From positions 1 through 64,000 of the IMG/VR virus record IMGVR_UViG_3300036792_000363: DNA of 64,000 nucleotides. One strand, written 5' to 3'. How positions within the stretch are numbered: position 1 is the first letter of the stretch; each line of letters begins with the position of its first letter. Below the pieces are notes generated by a model. That model worked only from the letters and a program-made list of their open reading frames with translations, was not told the DNA's origin and made no database searches. This stretch comes from a virus. Positions 16,778 through 25,124 of this stretch are shown piece after piece. Both the position numbers and the translations under genes were made by a program.

Positions 16778-16826
16778 GAGGTGCCTGCCTCTCGCTCGGT
16801 GCCTGTCACGCCAAGTCTACCGCGTG

Positions 16827-16842
16827 CTTGACTGGAGTCAAG
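16827..16842 (-). promoter_or_regulatory. Class I promoter/operator
   Basis: CTTGACTGGAGTCAAG; minus strand TTGACT-N16-TAGACT. Confidence 0.85.
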
Positions 16843-16848
16843 AGATCA

Positions 16849-17076
16849 TTATTTCTCGGCGACCGCGCGCCGGGTGACCGTGGTGGGGGCGTCCGCGTGC
16901 CACAGCGAGCTGCAGCCCCGCGGGTCGGTCGGGTGGCCGTCGAGCAGGTCCAGGGGCAGGTGCCCCTTGTCGTGGATCCACCAGCCAGGGGCGGGCATCC
17001 AGACGCAGCGCCGCCGGTGCCGCAGGCACCACACCACCGTGTCCCGGCCGGTCTCCTCGAACCCGTCGTCGGTCAT
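16849..17076 (-). CDS. Small Cys/His-containing hypothetical protein
   Basis: ATGA coupling; WCLRH, WWIH. Confidence 0.5.
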   Translation of the reverse strand: MTDDGFEETGRDTVVWCLRHRRRCVWMPAPGWWIHDKGHLPLDLLDGHPTDPRGCSSLWHADAPTTVTRRAVAEK

Positions 17077-17366
17077 GGCAGGTAGATCGCGTCGTAGCAG
17101 CCCCGCTCGCGGCAGTTCTCCGCGAACACCGCGCCCTCGGGGTGCGCCTGCTCGTGCAGCGACTGGAACACCGTCTCCACGGCGTCCGCGCGGTCGGCCG
17201 GGCAGTCGGCGTCCAGGTGCAGCTCGTGCTGCTCGGGCTCGATCGAGATGGTGACCGGGTGCGCCTTGCCCTTGCACTCGCACGTCGAGCCCGGCGCGTG
17301 GGCCAGCCCGAGCGCGGCCAGGTCCAGCGTGACGTCGATCTCGTGGCCGGTCTTCTTCTTGGGCAT
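17073..17366 (-). CDS. Small Cys-rich hypothetical protein
   Basis: RBS GGAGG; CEC, CRERGC. Confidence 0.6.
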   Translation of the reverse strand: MPKKKTGHEIDVTLDLAALGLAHAPGSTCECKGKAHPVTISIEPEQHELHLDADCPADRADAVETVFQSLHEQAHPEGAVFAENCRERGCYDAIYLP

Positions 17367-17375
17367 GAGTGCCTC

Positions 17376-18359
17376 CTAGAACGGCGGGGTCTCGTCGTCG
17401 TCAACCGGGACGGCAGGGGCGGGGGCGGGCTTCGCGCCCGGCCGGCTCGGGTGCTGGCCGCTGGTGCACTGGCACCCCCGGTCGGTGCACTCGCGGTGCG
17501 CCTTGGTGAGGCACTCGCCGCAGCGCGCGCCGGTGACCCACGTCATCCTGCCGTCGGGCATGGCCGGCAGCGGCAGGCCGCCGGGGGCCCTCTTCGGGCG
17601 GCGGGCGCCGACGGGGCGCGGGCTCTTCGGCCTGGCCGTCCCGGGCTGCGCGGCCTGGCGGCGCTTGTACTCGCCCTGCCGACTCGCGGCGGGCTGGCCG
17701 CCGTCCCCGCCGATCCGCCTCCGCGACAGCGGCCACAGCAGGGCGCAGCCGTGGCCGGTGAACTCGTCCTCGGCGATGTGCAGGGCCATGCCCAGCGCGC
17801 ACAGCCACCACAGGTCGGCGCGCACCGTCCAGACCGCGAACCCCGAGATGGCGCACCCGAACGCCACGGCCTCCAGGCCGCCGCGCGCGAACCGGGTGGC
17901 CTTCAGCCCGGCCGCCGCGCAGACGGCCAGCAGCACCGCCACCGCGGTGAGGGCGTGGTCGTTGGGGGCCCACAGCGTCGCCCAGGCGGTCAGCACGCTC
18001 ACCAGGGCGACGCCGAAAATCGAGTGCATGCCCTGCCGGTGGCCGCCGAACAGCGCGGAGATGACGTGCGCCAGCGTCCAGCTGACCGGCCCGGCCGCGT
18101 GCGCGAACGACGCGTCGTGGTGGTCGGCGTCGGGCAGCAGGGCCAGCGAGCCGGTCAGCATCCCGTAGGCCAGGGTCTGGCTGACGGCGTGGGCCACGTA
18201 GGGCCCGCCGTGCCCGGCCGGGAGGGTCAGCAGGCTGACCCCCACGCCGAGCGCGAGCCCGGTCGCGGCGTGAACGCTCCCGTCCATGTAGCGGGCCTCC
18301 TCCGTCTGCCGGGCGACCCGGGCGGCGCGCGGCCTGGCCGGCGCGTACGTGGCTGTCAT
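17376..18359 (-). CDS. Membrane-bound metal-dependent hydrolase (YdjM/LexA-binding inner-membrane family-like) with a basic, Cys-containing tail
   Basis: HAATG...LLPDADH...GHRQGMHS...HIAEDEFTGHG motif series between TM helices; leaderless start (TAGACT-N6-ATG). Confidence 0.8.
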   Translation of the reverse strand: MTATYAPARPRAARVARQTEEARYMDGSVHAATGLALGVGVSLLTLPAGHGGPYVAHAVSQTLAYGMLTGSLALLPDADHHDASFAHAAGPVSWTLAHVISALFGGHRQGMHSIFGVALVSVLTAWATLWAPNDHALTAVAVLLAVCAAAGLKATRFARGGLEAVAFGCAISGFAVWTVRADLWWLCALGMALHIAEDEFTGHGCALLWPLSRRRIGGDGGQPAASRQGEYKRRQAAQPGTARPKSPRPVGARRPKRAPGGLPLPAMPDGRMTWVTGARCGECLTKAHRECTDRGCQCTSGQHPSRPGAKPAPAPAVPVDDDETPPF

Positions 18360-18379
18360 GGTCTCAGTCTACCCGTCTG

Positions 18380-18395
18380 CTTGACTTGAGTAAAG
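18380..18395 (-). promoter_or_regulatory. Class I promoter/operator (variant), leaderless transcript
   Basis: CTTGACTTGAGTAAAG; minus strand TTTACT-N17-TAGACT-N6-ATG. Confidence 0.75.
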
Positions 18396-18494
18396 AGAAA
18401 TGAGAATGTCGCACGCCTGCGGTAGACTCCCCGTCGCGCGGGAGCCTCCGCTACGCGCACATGGCCCGCCTGCCGTGGACCTGTGGCGGGTCAG

Positions 18495-18530
18495 CGAAGC
18501 CACCGGTGCCCGCAGGTGCCGGTGGCTTCG
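18495..18530 (-). terminator. Strong hairpin right after a GCGTAGTA-N6-ATG site
   Basis: GAAGCCACCGG ... CCGGTGGCTTC. Confidence 0.55.
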
Positions 18531-18549
18531 TCATGCCCTGTACTACGCC

Positions 18550-18813
18550 TCACCGCCGCCGCGTTCTCAGCGGGGCGTCGGCCAGCCTCGACCGCGCGTG
18601 CCTGCCCCGGTAGGTGCGCGCGGGCGCGCCGTTCTCCCACCGGGTGCGCTCCCAGCGACCGTCCGGCCAGTCGCCGCCGGTCTCGGCGGTGGCGGCGCGG
18701 GCGCGGCGCACGTCCGCCTCGCGCCTGGCGCGGGTGCGGGCCTCCTGCCTGGCGCGCTGCTCCGCTTGCCTCCTGTGCCGCTCGCGCAGGAGGCCGACCC
18801 CGGGCAGCCGCAT
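18550..18813 (-). CDS. Arg-rich hypothetical protein
   Basis: TGATG coupling. Confidence 0.45.
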   Translation of the reverse strand: MRLPGVGLLRERHRRQAEQRARQEARTRARREADVRRARAATAETGGDWPDGRWERTRWENGAPARTYRGRHARSRLADAPLRTRRR

Positions 18814-18995
18814 CAGAGCCGGTGCCCGACTCGGAAGCCGAAGAGCCGGACGCTGCCGTACCAGCCCCGGCCGTAGGTGTAGTACAGGTTCGGGTGCATC
18901 CCGTGCTCCCGGTAGTGCCTGCGGTGGGCGCGGCCCCCGCCGGCCAGGTGCGCCAGCACCAGGATGACGACGACCGCGATGATGGCTTCCGCCAT
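18813..18995 (-). CDS. Small single-pass membrane protein
   Basis: MAEAIIAVVVILVLAHLA; RBS AGGAG. Confidence 0.6.
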   Translation of the reverse strand: MAEAIIAVVVILVLAHLAGGGRAHRRHYREHGMHPNLYYTYGRGWYGSVRLFGFRVGHRL

Positions 18996-19004
18996 GGCGT
19001 GCTC

Positions 19005-19238
19005 CTAACGTCCCCGCGCCCGGACGGCGCGGCGGCTTGTGCGGTCCAGCTCCCGGTTCCCGGCCGCCACCCCGCCGGCGATGATCCGGGTGATGAGCGA
19101 CGAGCCGCGGCGCAGCCGCCGCAGGTCGGCCTCGTCGGGCCCCCACGGCCGCAGCTTCCGGACGTTCGCCTCGTGCGTCTCGCACACGACCTTGAGGAAC
19201 CGCGCGCGGCTCGCCCGGTCCTCCTCGTACGACCTCAT
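19005..19238 (-). CDS. Hypothetical protein
   Basis: ATGA coupling. Confidence 0.5.
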   Translation of the reverse strand: MRSYEEDRASRARFLKVVCETHEANVRKLRPWGPDEADLRRLRRGSSLITRIIAGGVAAGNRELDRTSRRAVRARGR

Positions 19239-19510
19239 GACCTGCTCCTGTTCCGCCGCGCCCGCTCGGCGCGGTCTGCGTTGTCCTGGCGCTCGCGCTG
19301 AGCCGCGCGGCTCAGCGCGCCGGGCAGCTCGCGGGCGAACTGGGGGTTGCGGGCGGCCTCCGCCTCGGCGTAGCCCGCCAGCCTGCTGACGTACCGCTCG
19401 GCGTGCTGCTGGCCGTCCCGGGTGCGGAAGACCCGGCGCGCGATGCGGGCGCGGTTGGCCACGCTCTCGGCGTCCAGCGACCCCGGCTCGATGGGGCCCG
19501 TCGCGCTCAC
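19235..19510 (-). CDS. Hypothetical protein
   Basis: GTGA coupling. Confidence 0.5.
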   Translation of the reverse strand: MSATGPIEPGSLDAESVANRARIARRVFRTRDGQQHAERYVSRLAGYAEAEAARNPQFARELPGALSRAAQRERQDNADRAERARRNRSRS

Positions 19511-19782
19511 CGGTGCCTCGCGGCGCGGCGCCGCCGGGTGCGCTCCCGGTCGGCCCGCAGCTCGCGCGCCACCCGGTCGCGGCCCATGCCGTAGTGCGTC
19601 AGCACCATGGCCTCCTCGCCCCGGGCGGCCAGCAGCGACACCACCATCCGGGCGGGCTCGCTGCCCCCGGCGGCCCGGCGCGCCAGGCGGTCGGCGCCGC
19701 CGCCCAGCCCGGTCAGGCGGGCCGCGCGGTCGGTCAGCCTCCGCAGCCTGCCGAACACCTCGCAGTCGTAGCGGTCTTTCAC
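19507..19782 (-). CDS. Hypothetical protein
   Basis: GTGA coupling. Confidence 0.45.
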   Translation of the reverse strand: MKDRYDCEVFGRLRRLTDRAARLTGLGGGADRLARRAAGGSEPARMVVSLLAARGEEAMVLTHYGMGRDRVARELRADRERTRRRRAARHR

Positions 19783-20006
19783 GGCCCGCTCACCTCCGCC
19801 TCGTACTCGGCGGCGAACGCGTCGAACGCCGGGTCGGGGGAGGGGGCGGTGTTGTCGGGGGCAGGGGGGAACACGTAGCCGAGGTCGATCACGGGCGCGA
19901 GCCCGGCCGCCAGCCGCTCCGCGCACGGCCGGCACGCCCGCAGGCCGCCGTCGAAGACGACGGCGGCCCGGCCGCAGCCGAAGGCGCAGTACCGGCGGGC
20001 GGTCAC
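19779..20006 (-). CDS. Small CxxxC/CxxC protein
   Basis: YCAFGC...CRPC; GTGA coupling. Confidence 0.45.
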   Translation of the reverse strand: MTARRYCAFGCGRAAVVFDGGLRACRPCAERLAAGLAPVIDLGYVFPPAPDNTAPSPDPAFDAFAAEYEAEVSGP

Positions 20007-20236
20007 GGCCGGCTCCGCAGCCGGCGGACGGCCGCCATGGCGGCGGCCGCGCCCGTCAGCCAGCTGCCGACCGCCCGGCGCGTCAGCCGGCGCAGCGGCA
20101 GCCGCCCGGCGGCGGAGACGAGGCCGGCGGCGGCAGCCGCGAGCATGACCCACGCGGCCGACGGCCACGGCAGCAGCCAGTAGGCGGCGAACGCCAGCAG
20201 CCAGCAGACGGCCGCCGCGATCTCCAGCCGGGGCAT
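20003..20236 (-). CDS. Small membrane protein
   Basis: MPRLEIAAAVCWLLAFAAYWLLPW...; starts at a TTATG junction. Confidence 0.55.
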   Translation of the reverse strand: MPRLEIAAAVCWLLAFAAYWLLPWPSAAWVMLAAAAAGLVSAAGRLPLRRLTRRAVGSWLTGAAAAMAAVRRLRSRP

Positions 20237-20457
20237 AACCGCGCCGCCCGGCTCTGCCGGCGGGCCCGCTGGCGGGCGCGCAGCCGCGCGAGGTCGGCGG
20301 CCGCGGTCGCCAGCGGCTGGCCGGGGGCCTCGACGATCGAGTCCAGCGCGGCCCCCCACGTCGGGTACCTCTCGGCGACCCGCCTGCGCACGTCGGCGCG
20401 GTTGCGCTCCGCCAGCGCGGGGTCGGGGGCCTCGGTCGGCCCGTGAAGCTTCGGCAT
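20083..20457 (-). CDS. Hypothetical protein; may functionally end at the TTA codon (20236-20238)
   Basis: RBS AGGAGG after a double-operator promoter. Confidence 0.5.
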   Translation of the reverse strand: MPKLHGPTEAPDPALAERNRADVRRRVAERYPTWGAALDSIVEAPGQPLATAAADLARLRARQRARRQSRAARLCPGWRSRRPSAGCWRSPPTGCCRGRRPRGSCSRLPPPASSPPPGGCRCAG

Positions 20458-20475
20458 GCCCGCCTCCTGAAGTTG

Positions 20476-20514
20476 CTTGACTCAAGTCTAGACAGTCTCT
20501 TGACGCGAGTCAAG
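20476..20514 (-). promoter_or_regulatory. Class I promoter with two tandem operator copies
   Basis: CTTGACGCGAGTCAAG (20499-20514) over -35 and CTTGACTCAAGTCTAG (20476-20491) over -10; TTGACT-N17-TAGACT. Confidence 0.8.
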
Positions 20515-20916
20515 ATAACCGGGCTTGGGGCTGTGCTTGTGGCCCTTCTTGAACGGCCGGTTCTCCGCGCGCAGCCGCCCCTCCAGCTCGCCCCGCCGCC
20601 CGACGGTGTTGCGCTCCGGGTCGTAGCGCCGGATCAGCAGCAGCTCGTACAGGTCGGCCTCCGCCTGGTCCTCGACCTTGCGGACCCAGACCCGCGCCGG
20701 GTCGAACTGGCCCTTGAACTGGTAGGAGTGATCCCGGATCCGCGACAGGAAGTGGTCGGACTGCCCGGCGTAGAAGACGTGCCCGTCGCCGATGTCGCAC
20801 AGCGCGTACACCCACCAGCCGGACATGTCGGGGAACAGCTCCGCCTCGATGAACGCCAGCGCGGTGACCCCCGCGGGCGCCCCGGCCTCGGCGGCGCTCT
20901 TCCTGCGGAACAGCAC
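20488..20916 (-). CDS. GIY-YIG nuclease-domain protein
   Basis: WVY-x10-YAG, R..H, conserved E (LYELLLI) and N (PERN); RBS AGGAGG before GTG. Confidence 0.75.
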   Translation of the reverse strand: MLFRRKSAAEAGAPAGVTALAFIEAELFPDMSGWWVYALCDIGDGHVFYAGQSDHFLSRIRDHSYQFKGQFDPARVWVRKVEDQAEADLYELLLIRRYDPERNTVGRRGELEGRLRAENRPFKKGHKHSPKPGYLDSRQETV

Positions 20917-21175
20917 GGGTCCTCCTGAATAATGTTCGGGGGGTAGAGCTCTAGGGGTCGGTTCCGGCGGCACCCGGTTCGGCATCACGGCGGCATCACC
21001 GAACGAATCACCGGTAATCACTGTCAGCGCCGAACATCGCGTCAGCCCGTGGGCTGACAGCGCGGGGCTCAGGGCCGGCATGGCGGGCCGCAGGAAGATC
21101 TGCGGCGCGGGCCCGTCGGGGGCCTCGCATTTCGGGGGTCCCGACGGGAAGATTTCCCGTCAGGCGGGGAGGATC

Positions 21176-21346
21176 CTAGCGGCGGGGGCGTTTCCGCAGG
21201 CCACAGGACCAGGCCATCCCGACCGAGAACCCGAGGCACGCGACCCCGGCCAGCGCCAGCGCGGGGACGGAGCCGTCGATGATGGCGCCCACCGCCGCCA
21301 GGACGGTCAGGGTCACGCCCCAGGCGAGGATGGTGCGCGTCGTCAT
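21176..21346 (-). CDS. Small two-TM membrane protein (possible Spd-type spread protein)
   Basis: MTTRTILAWGVTLTVLAAVGAIIDGSVPALALAGVACLGFSVGMAWSCGLRKRPRR; downstream of the TraB-like gene. Confidence 0.5.
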   Translation of the reverse strand: MTTRTILAWGVTLTVLAAVGAIIDGSVPALALAGVACLGFSVGMAWSCGLRKRPRR

Positions 21347-21789
21347 GGCTGTTTCGTCCCCCGGGCCTGCGTTCGGGCGTCACCGTGGCGCTCAGGGCCA
21401 GGATATCCTCCGTTGCATGACCCGGGTCAACAGGAGGATCTCCGGCGCCAGGACGGCCGCTGCGGGCCGGGGGGGCCTCCTCGCCCGCGCGCGGGGCTCC
21501 GCGGCCCTCCTCGTGGCTCTGCGGGGCTCCCAGGGGCCCTCGCGGGGGCGCCTGCTGGCGGGGGGGCTCCGGGGCGGTTACTGTCAGTGCCGGCGGTGGT
21601 GACTCTCCGTTTGGCCTTCGGCTGATCCGGAGCTTCCTCCGCTTATCCGCCCCCCGAACCCCCGCGAATCCCCCCTCCGCGGCGCCGGCACCCGCCGTCC
21701 CGGCGCCGCCCGCCCCTGCTACCATCGACCCCTGCAGCGCCGCAGGCCCCGGGGCCGGGCTGGGGATGTCGTGATCCCGGCCCCGGGCG

Positions 21790-23751
21790 CTACCCCTCCT
21801 CACCGGGGGCCTCCTGCGACTGCGGCGGGACGATCCGCCACCTCCTGCGCGGCTTGTCGGTCATGAACTCCACCTCGCCGGTCTGGCGCAGCGTCTCCAC
21901 CACGTCGTACAGCCACGACCGGGAGCGCCCCGCCCTCTCGTGAACCTTCGTCTTCTGCAGCTCCAGCGACGTGAACGTGGTCTTGCCCGCCTTCAGCCAC
22001 GCCGCCAGCTGCTCGCGCACCGCCTGCTCCGCCTTCACCGCCGCGTCGTGCTGGTCGGGCTTGGCGGCGAACAGCTGGCGGACGTTCCCGGCGGGCGCCC
22101 TGCCCTCCGTCCCGGGCAGGGCGCCGCCGACCGGGGAGGCGGAGGTGGGGCTGACGGGCGGGGTCCAGGCGAGGGCCTCGCCGGTCACGTCGTCGAGCGG
22201 GCGGTCGACGCTCGGGTACAGGCCCGCGTAGTCGAACACCTGGCGCGCGCCGCCGGTGAAGTGGAAGAACCGCATCGGCATCACGCCGTAGCGCTCGTCG
22301 GGCAGGGTGGGCGCGTCCCAGTAGGCCATGCCGGGCACCCGCTTGCCCCACAGCTCCGGGCGGCACGCGGCCCCCCGCTGGCGGGCGGACAGGCCGTACC
22401 GGGAGTCCTCCGGGGTGTTGACGCCCAGGCACAGGTTGCTCATCTGGCCGTCGGCGACGCTGGGGATCTCGGTGGCCAGCGACAGCTGCAGGTCGATGTT
22501 GTCGGCGATGCCGGCGCTGCGGTTGTTCTTGACGTCGGACTGCCAGTCCTCCAGGGTGAACAGGCCCTGCTGCTGCGCGCGCTTGCCGGACGGCAGCAGC
22601 CGCAGGAAGTCGGGGGCCTCCGCCCAGTACAGGTCCAGGAAGCTCAGCCCGCAGCCGTCCTCCCACTCGATGTAGTGGTTCTTCCCCAGGTAGTCGGCCC
22701 GCATGACCCGGGCCCGGTGCAGCGCGGCGGCGAGGCGGACCGCGCCGTCGGGCTCCTTCTCGAACGCGTGCAGCGCCGTCTCCCAGCAGCCGTAGAACTG
22801 GCTGCCCTTGGACACGTCGACCACCATCGCGGCGTAGCCCTCGCGGGTCACCCCCTCCGCCAGCTGGTTCCAGGACCAGCCGGTGGTCTTCGCCGACCCG
22901 CTGGTGCCCATGGCGCGGGTGTGGAACAGCGGCAGGCGGGCGATCCGGCACTCGGCGCCGTCCTGCCACCGGCCGTAGCGGAACGGGACGGCCATCCCGG
23001 TGCCGGGCGCGCTCGGGCCGGGGAACGGCTCGGGCGTCACCAGCGCCCGCGGGTCGGTGGCGGTGAAGTCCGCGAACGCCGAGTTGCCCGCCTGCGGGGT
23101 GATGGTGACCGACCCGCGCGGGAACTGCAGCCCCTGCTCCAGCCGCTCGGCGGCCCGGGCGGCCTCGTCCATCCCCACCTCCGGCGGCAGCTGCACCCGG
23201 CCGGTCAGCGTCCGGGGGGCCCGGCTGCGGGACGCCCGGCGGCCGGGCGGGGCGGCCTCCGGCTTCGGCTGCCGCGGCTGCCGGGCGGCGGTCAGCGTGG
23301 CGGCCGCGCCCCACGCGGTCTCGCTGGCGCCGCCGAACATCAGCGACAGCTCGTGGCTGCCGGCCGCGTGCAGCCACGCGTCCCAGCCGATGCAGACGAC
23401 CGCGCCGCCCAGCGCCCACGTCAGCGCCAGCGGCACGGAGAAGCCGGCCAGCAGCCAGGCGGCGGTGACGGCGGCCCCGGCCGCGATGGTGACGGGGGCC
23501 ATCATCCGCCCCACCGGCGAGACGCGGCGGCCGTGCAGGTGGGCCAGGAAGGCGGCCAGGGCGAGGCCGAGCGCCAGCACCATGAGCGCGACCAGCCAGT
23601 CCCACCGCGCCAGCAGGAACGGCATCGGGCCGAACACGGCGGTCAGCGCCAGCCAGCACGCCCACGGGATGAGCCCGTGCAGCACCTTGCTCGCAACCTG
23701 GTCGCGGGCGTGGCGGATCTGGGCCTTCGGCCGGTCTCCGTGGTCAGGCAA
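21790..23751 (-). CDS. traB: TraB/TraSA-like FtsK/SpoIIIE DNA translocase of actinomycete conjugative elements
   Basis: N-terminal TM bundle, P-loop GTSGSAKT, Walker B-like VVDVSKG and WAEAP, GMAYW, C-terminal winged-helix-like domain; context with SpdA-like and GntR genes. Confidence 0.75.
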   Translation of the reverse strand: MPDHGDRPKAQIRHARDQVASKVLHGLIPWACWLALTAVFGPMPFLLARWDWLVALMVLALGLALAAFLAHLHGRRVSPVGRMMAPVTIAAGAAVTAAWLLAGFSVPLALTWALGGAVVCIGWDAWLHAAGSHELSLMFGGASETAWGAAATLTAARQPRQPKPEAAPPGRRASRSRAPRTLTGRVQLPPEVGMDEAARAAERLEQGLQFPRGSVTITPQAGNSAFADFTATDPRALVTPEPFPGPSAPGTGMAVPFRYGRWQDGAECRIARLPLFHTRAMGTSGSAKTTGWSWNQLAEGVTREGYAAMVVDVSKGSQFYGCWETALHAFEKEPDGAVRLAAALHRARVMRADYLGKNHYIEWEDGCGLSFLDLYWAEAPDFLRLLPSGKRAQQQGLFTLEDWQSDVKNNRSAGIADNIDLQLSLATEIPSVADGQMSNLCLGVNTPEDSRYGLSARQRGAACRPELWGKRVPGMAYWDAPTLPDERYGVMPMRFFHFTGGARQVFDYAGLYPSVDRPLDDVTGEALAWTPPVSPTSASPVGGALPGTEGRAPAGNVRQLFAAKPDQHDAAVKAEQAVREQLAAWLKAGKTTFTSLELQKTKVHERAGRSRSWLYDVVETLRQTGEVEFMTDKPRRRWRIVPPQSQEAPGEEG

Positions 23752-24688
23752 CGTCCTGCACCCCCTCCGGGGTCTTGTGGCGGCGGCGCAGCTCGGCCGC
23801 CCAGTAGCGGGAGATCTTGTGGATGCGGGCCACCTCGTTGGCGGAGGTGGAGTCGAACAGGGCCCGCAGCGCGGCCTCGCCCTGCGGCAGCGCGGCCATC
23901 ACCTCGGCGGGCGGGTCCCCGGCGCGGCGCTCGCGGCGCGGGGCGGCGGCGACGGCGGGCACCGACTTGAGCGGCCCCGGGTGCGCGGGGGCGGGCGCCG
24001 GGGCGGGGCGGGGCGCCTGCGCCCTGGCGGGGGCGGCGGGCGGCTGCGGGGCGGCGGCGCGGGGGGCCTGCGGCAGGGCCGGGACGGGCAGCGGCAGGAC
24101 GGGGCCGCGCTGCGGCCAGGCCGGGGCCTGCTCCGGGACGGCGGCGGGGCGGCGCGGGATGGCGGCCAGCGCCGCGTCGGCGAGGGCCCCCGCGGCGGCC
24201 ACCGCCTCGTGCAGCCCGGCGATCTCGGCCAGCGCGTCGGCGAGCAGGCCCTCGGCCGACTTCGCGGTCTTGCGGTCCGCCTTGCGGGCGTCCAGCCAGC
24301 GCTCGAACAGGAAGGTGGAGAACGCGAACGCCTGCGCGGGCACCGTCGCCCACCCGGCCGCCCACAGCCCGTGGTGGATGCCGGACTCCCAGTTGGCGAT
24401 CAGCGACTCGGTGATCCCCGGCAGCACGCCGAGCAGCAGGCCGCCCGCCTTCTGCCGCCAGTTCTTCCCGCCCATGAAGTAGGCGCTGCCGATGACGATC
24501 TGGCCGTCGATGCACAGCGGCATCAGGTGCGCCGTCTTCCAGCTCTGCCCCTCCGCCAGGGTCAGCGCGCAGATGTGGGTGAAGGAGATGAACCCGGACG
24601 CGAACGCGACCGCCGCCATCGCCGACCCGACGGTCAGCGACGACGACCGCCCGCGGACCGCCGCCATTATCACACCGAGCTTCCGCAT
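23744..24688 (-). CDS. SpdA-like (DUF2637-type) membrane protein with coiled coil and C-terminal HTH-like end
   Basis: AVAFASGFISFTHI...AHLMPLCIDGQIV...WATVPAQAFAFS TM pattern. Confidence 0.7.
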   Translation of the reverse strand: MRKLGVIMAAVRGRSSSLTVGSAMAAVAFASGFISFTHICALTLAEGQSWKTAHLMPLCIDGQIVIGSAYFMGGKNWRQKAGGLLLGVLPGITESLIANWESGIHHGLWAAGWATVPAQAFAFSTFLFERWLDARKADRKTAKSAEGLLADALAEIAGLHEAVAAAGALADAALAAIPRRPAAVPEQAPAWPQRGPVLPLPVPALPQAPRAAAPQPPAAPARAQAPRPAPAPAPAHPGPLKSVPAVAAAPRRERRAGDPPAEVMAALPQGEAALRALFDSTSANEVARIHKISRYWAAELRRRHKTPEGVQDVA

Positions 24689-24975
24689 CACGCCGCCGCC
24701 TTCCGGGCCCCGGGGAACCGCTCGTCCCACCACCGGCGCGACGCCGCGGCCATGTCGCCCGCCACCCCGGGCCGGGCTGAGGCGAGCACCGCGTCCAGCC
24801 AGGAGGCGTAGGTCGCCTTGCCGCCGGGCTGCTGCACGGCGGGCATGGCGATGGCCGGGTCGGCGAACCAGTTGTCGAGGGTGTCGGTCGAGCGGCCGAG
24901 CACCTTCGCGGCGCGCGGCCACGGCACCAGGGCGTCCCTGCGGCTCACCCGGGCCGCTGCTGCGGTCTCGCACAT
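24688..24975 (-). CDS. Small excisionase/MerR-like helix-turn-helix protein
   Basis: LVPWPRAAKVLGRSTDTLDNWF; RBS GGAGGG. Confidence 0.65.
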   Translation of the reverse strand: MCETAAAARVSRRDALVPWPRAAKVLGRSTDTLDNWFADPAIAMPAVQQPGGKATYASWLDAVLASARPGVAGDMAAASRRWWDERFPGARKAAA

Positions 24976-25016
24976 TCTTCGGCCCTCCGGCCCTCTCCCG
25001 AACTTTCCGCGATTCT

Positions 25017-25051
25017 CGTCCACTGTACGGTGAACCATACAGGTACGCAAG
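25017..25051 (-). promoter_or_regulatory. Promoter of the transfer operon with a palindromic operator in the spacer
   Basis: Minus strand TTGCGT-N17-TACAGT; imperfect palindrome CTGTACGGT-GA-ACCATACAG at 25023-25042. Confidence 0.6.
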
Positions 25052-25124
25052 GCATTCCCGGGCGCGCTGCCTGGGGGCGGGTAAAATCAGGCGCATCTGC
25101 ACCATCCACAGCACAGGAGACAGA

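Noticed and set aside
693-20514. Repeated palindrome as a CRISPR array or REP/MITE family
   Set aside because: Only 16 bp, separated by whole genes at irregular distances, and always positioned as the -35 box of a promoter
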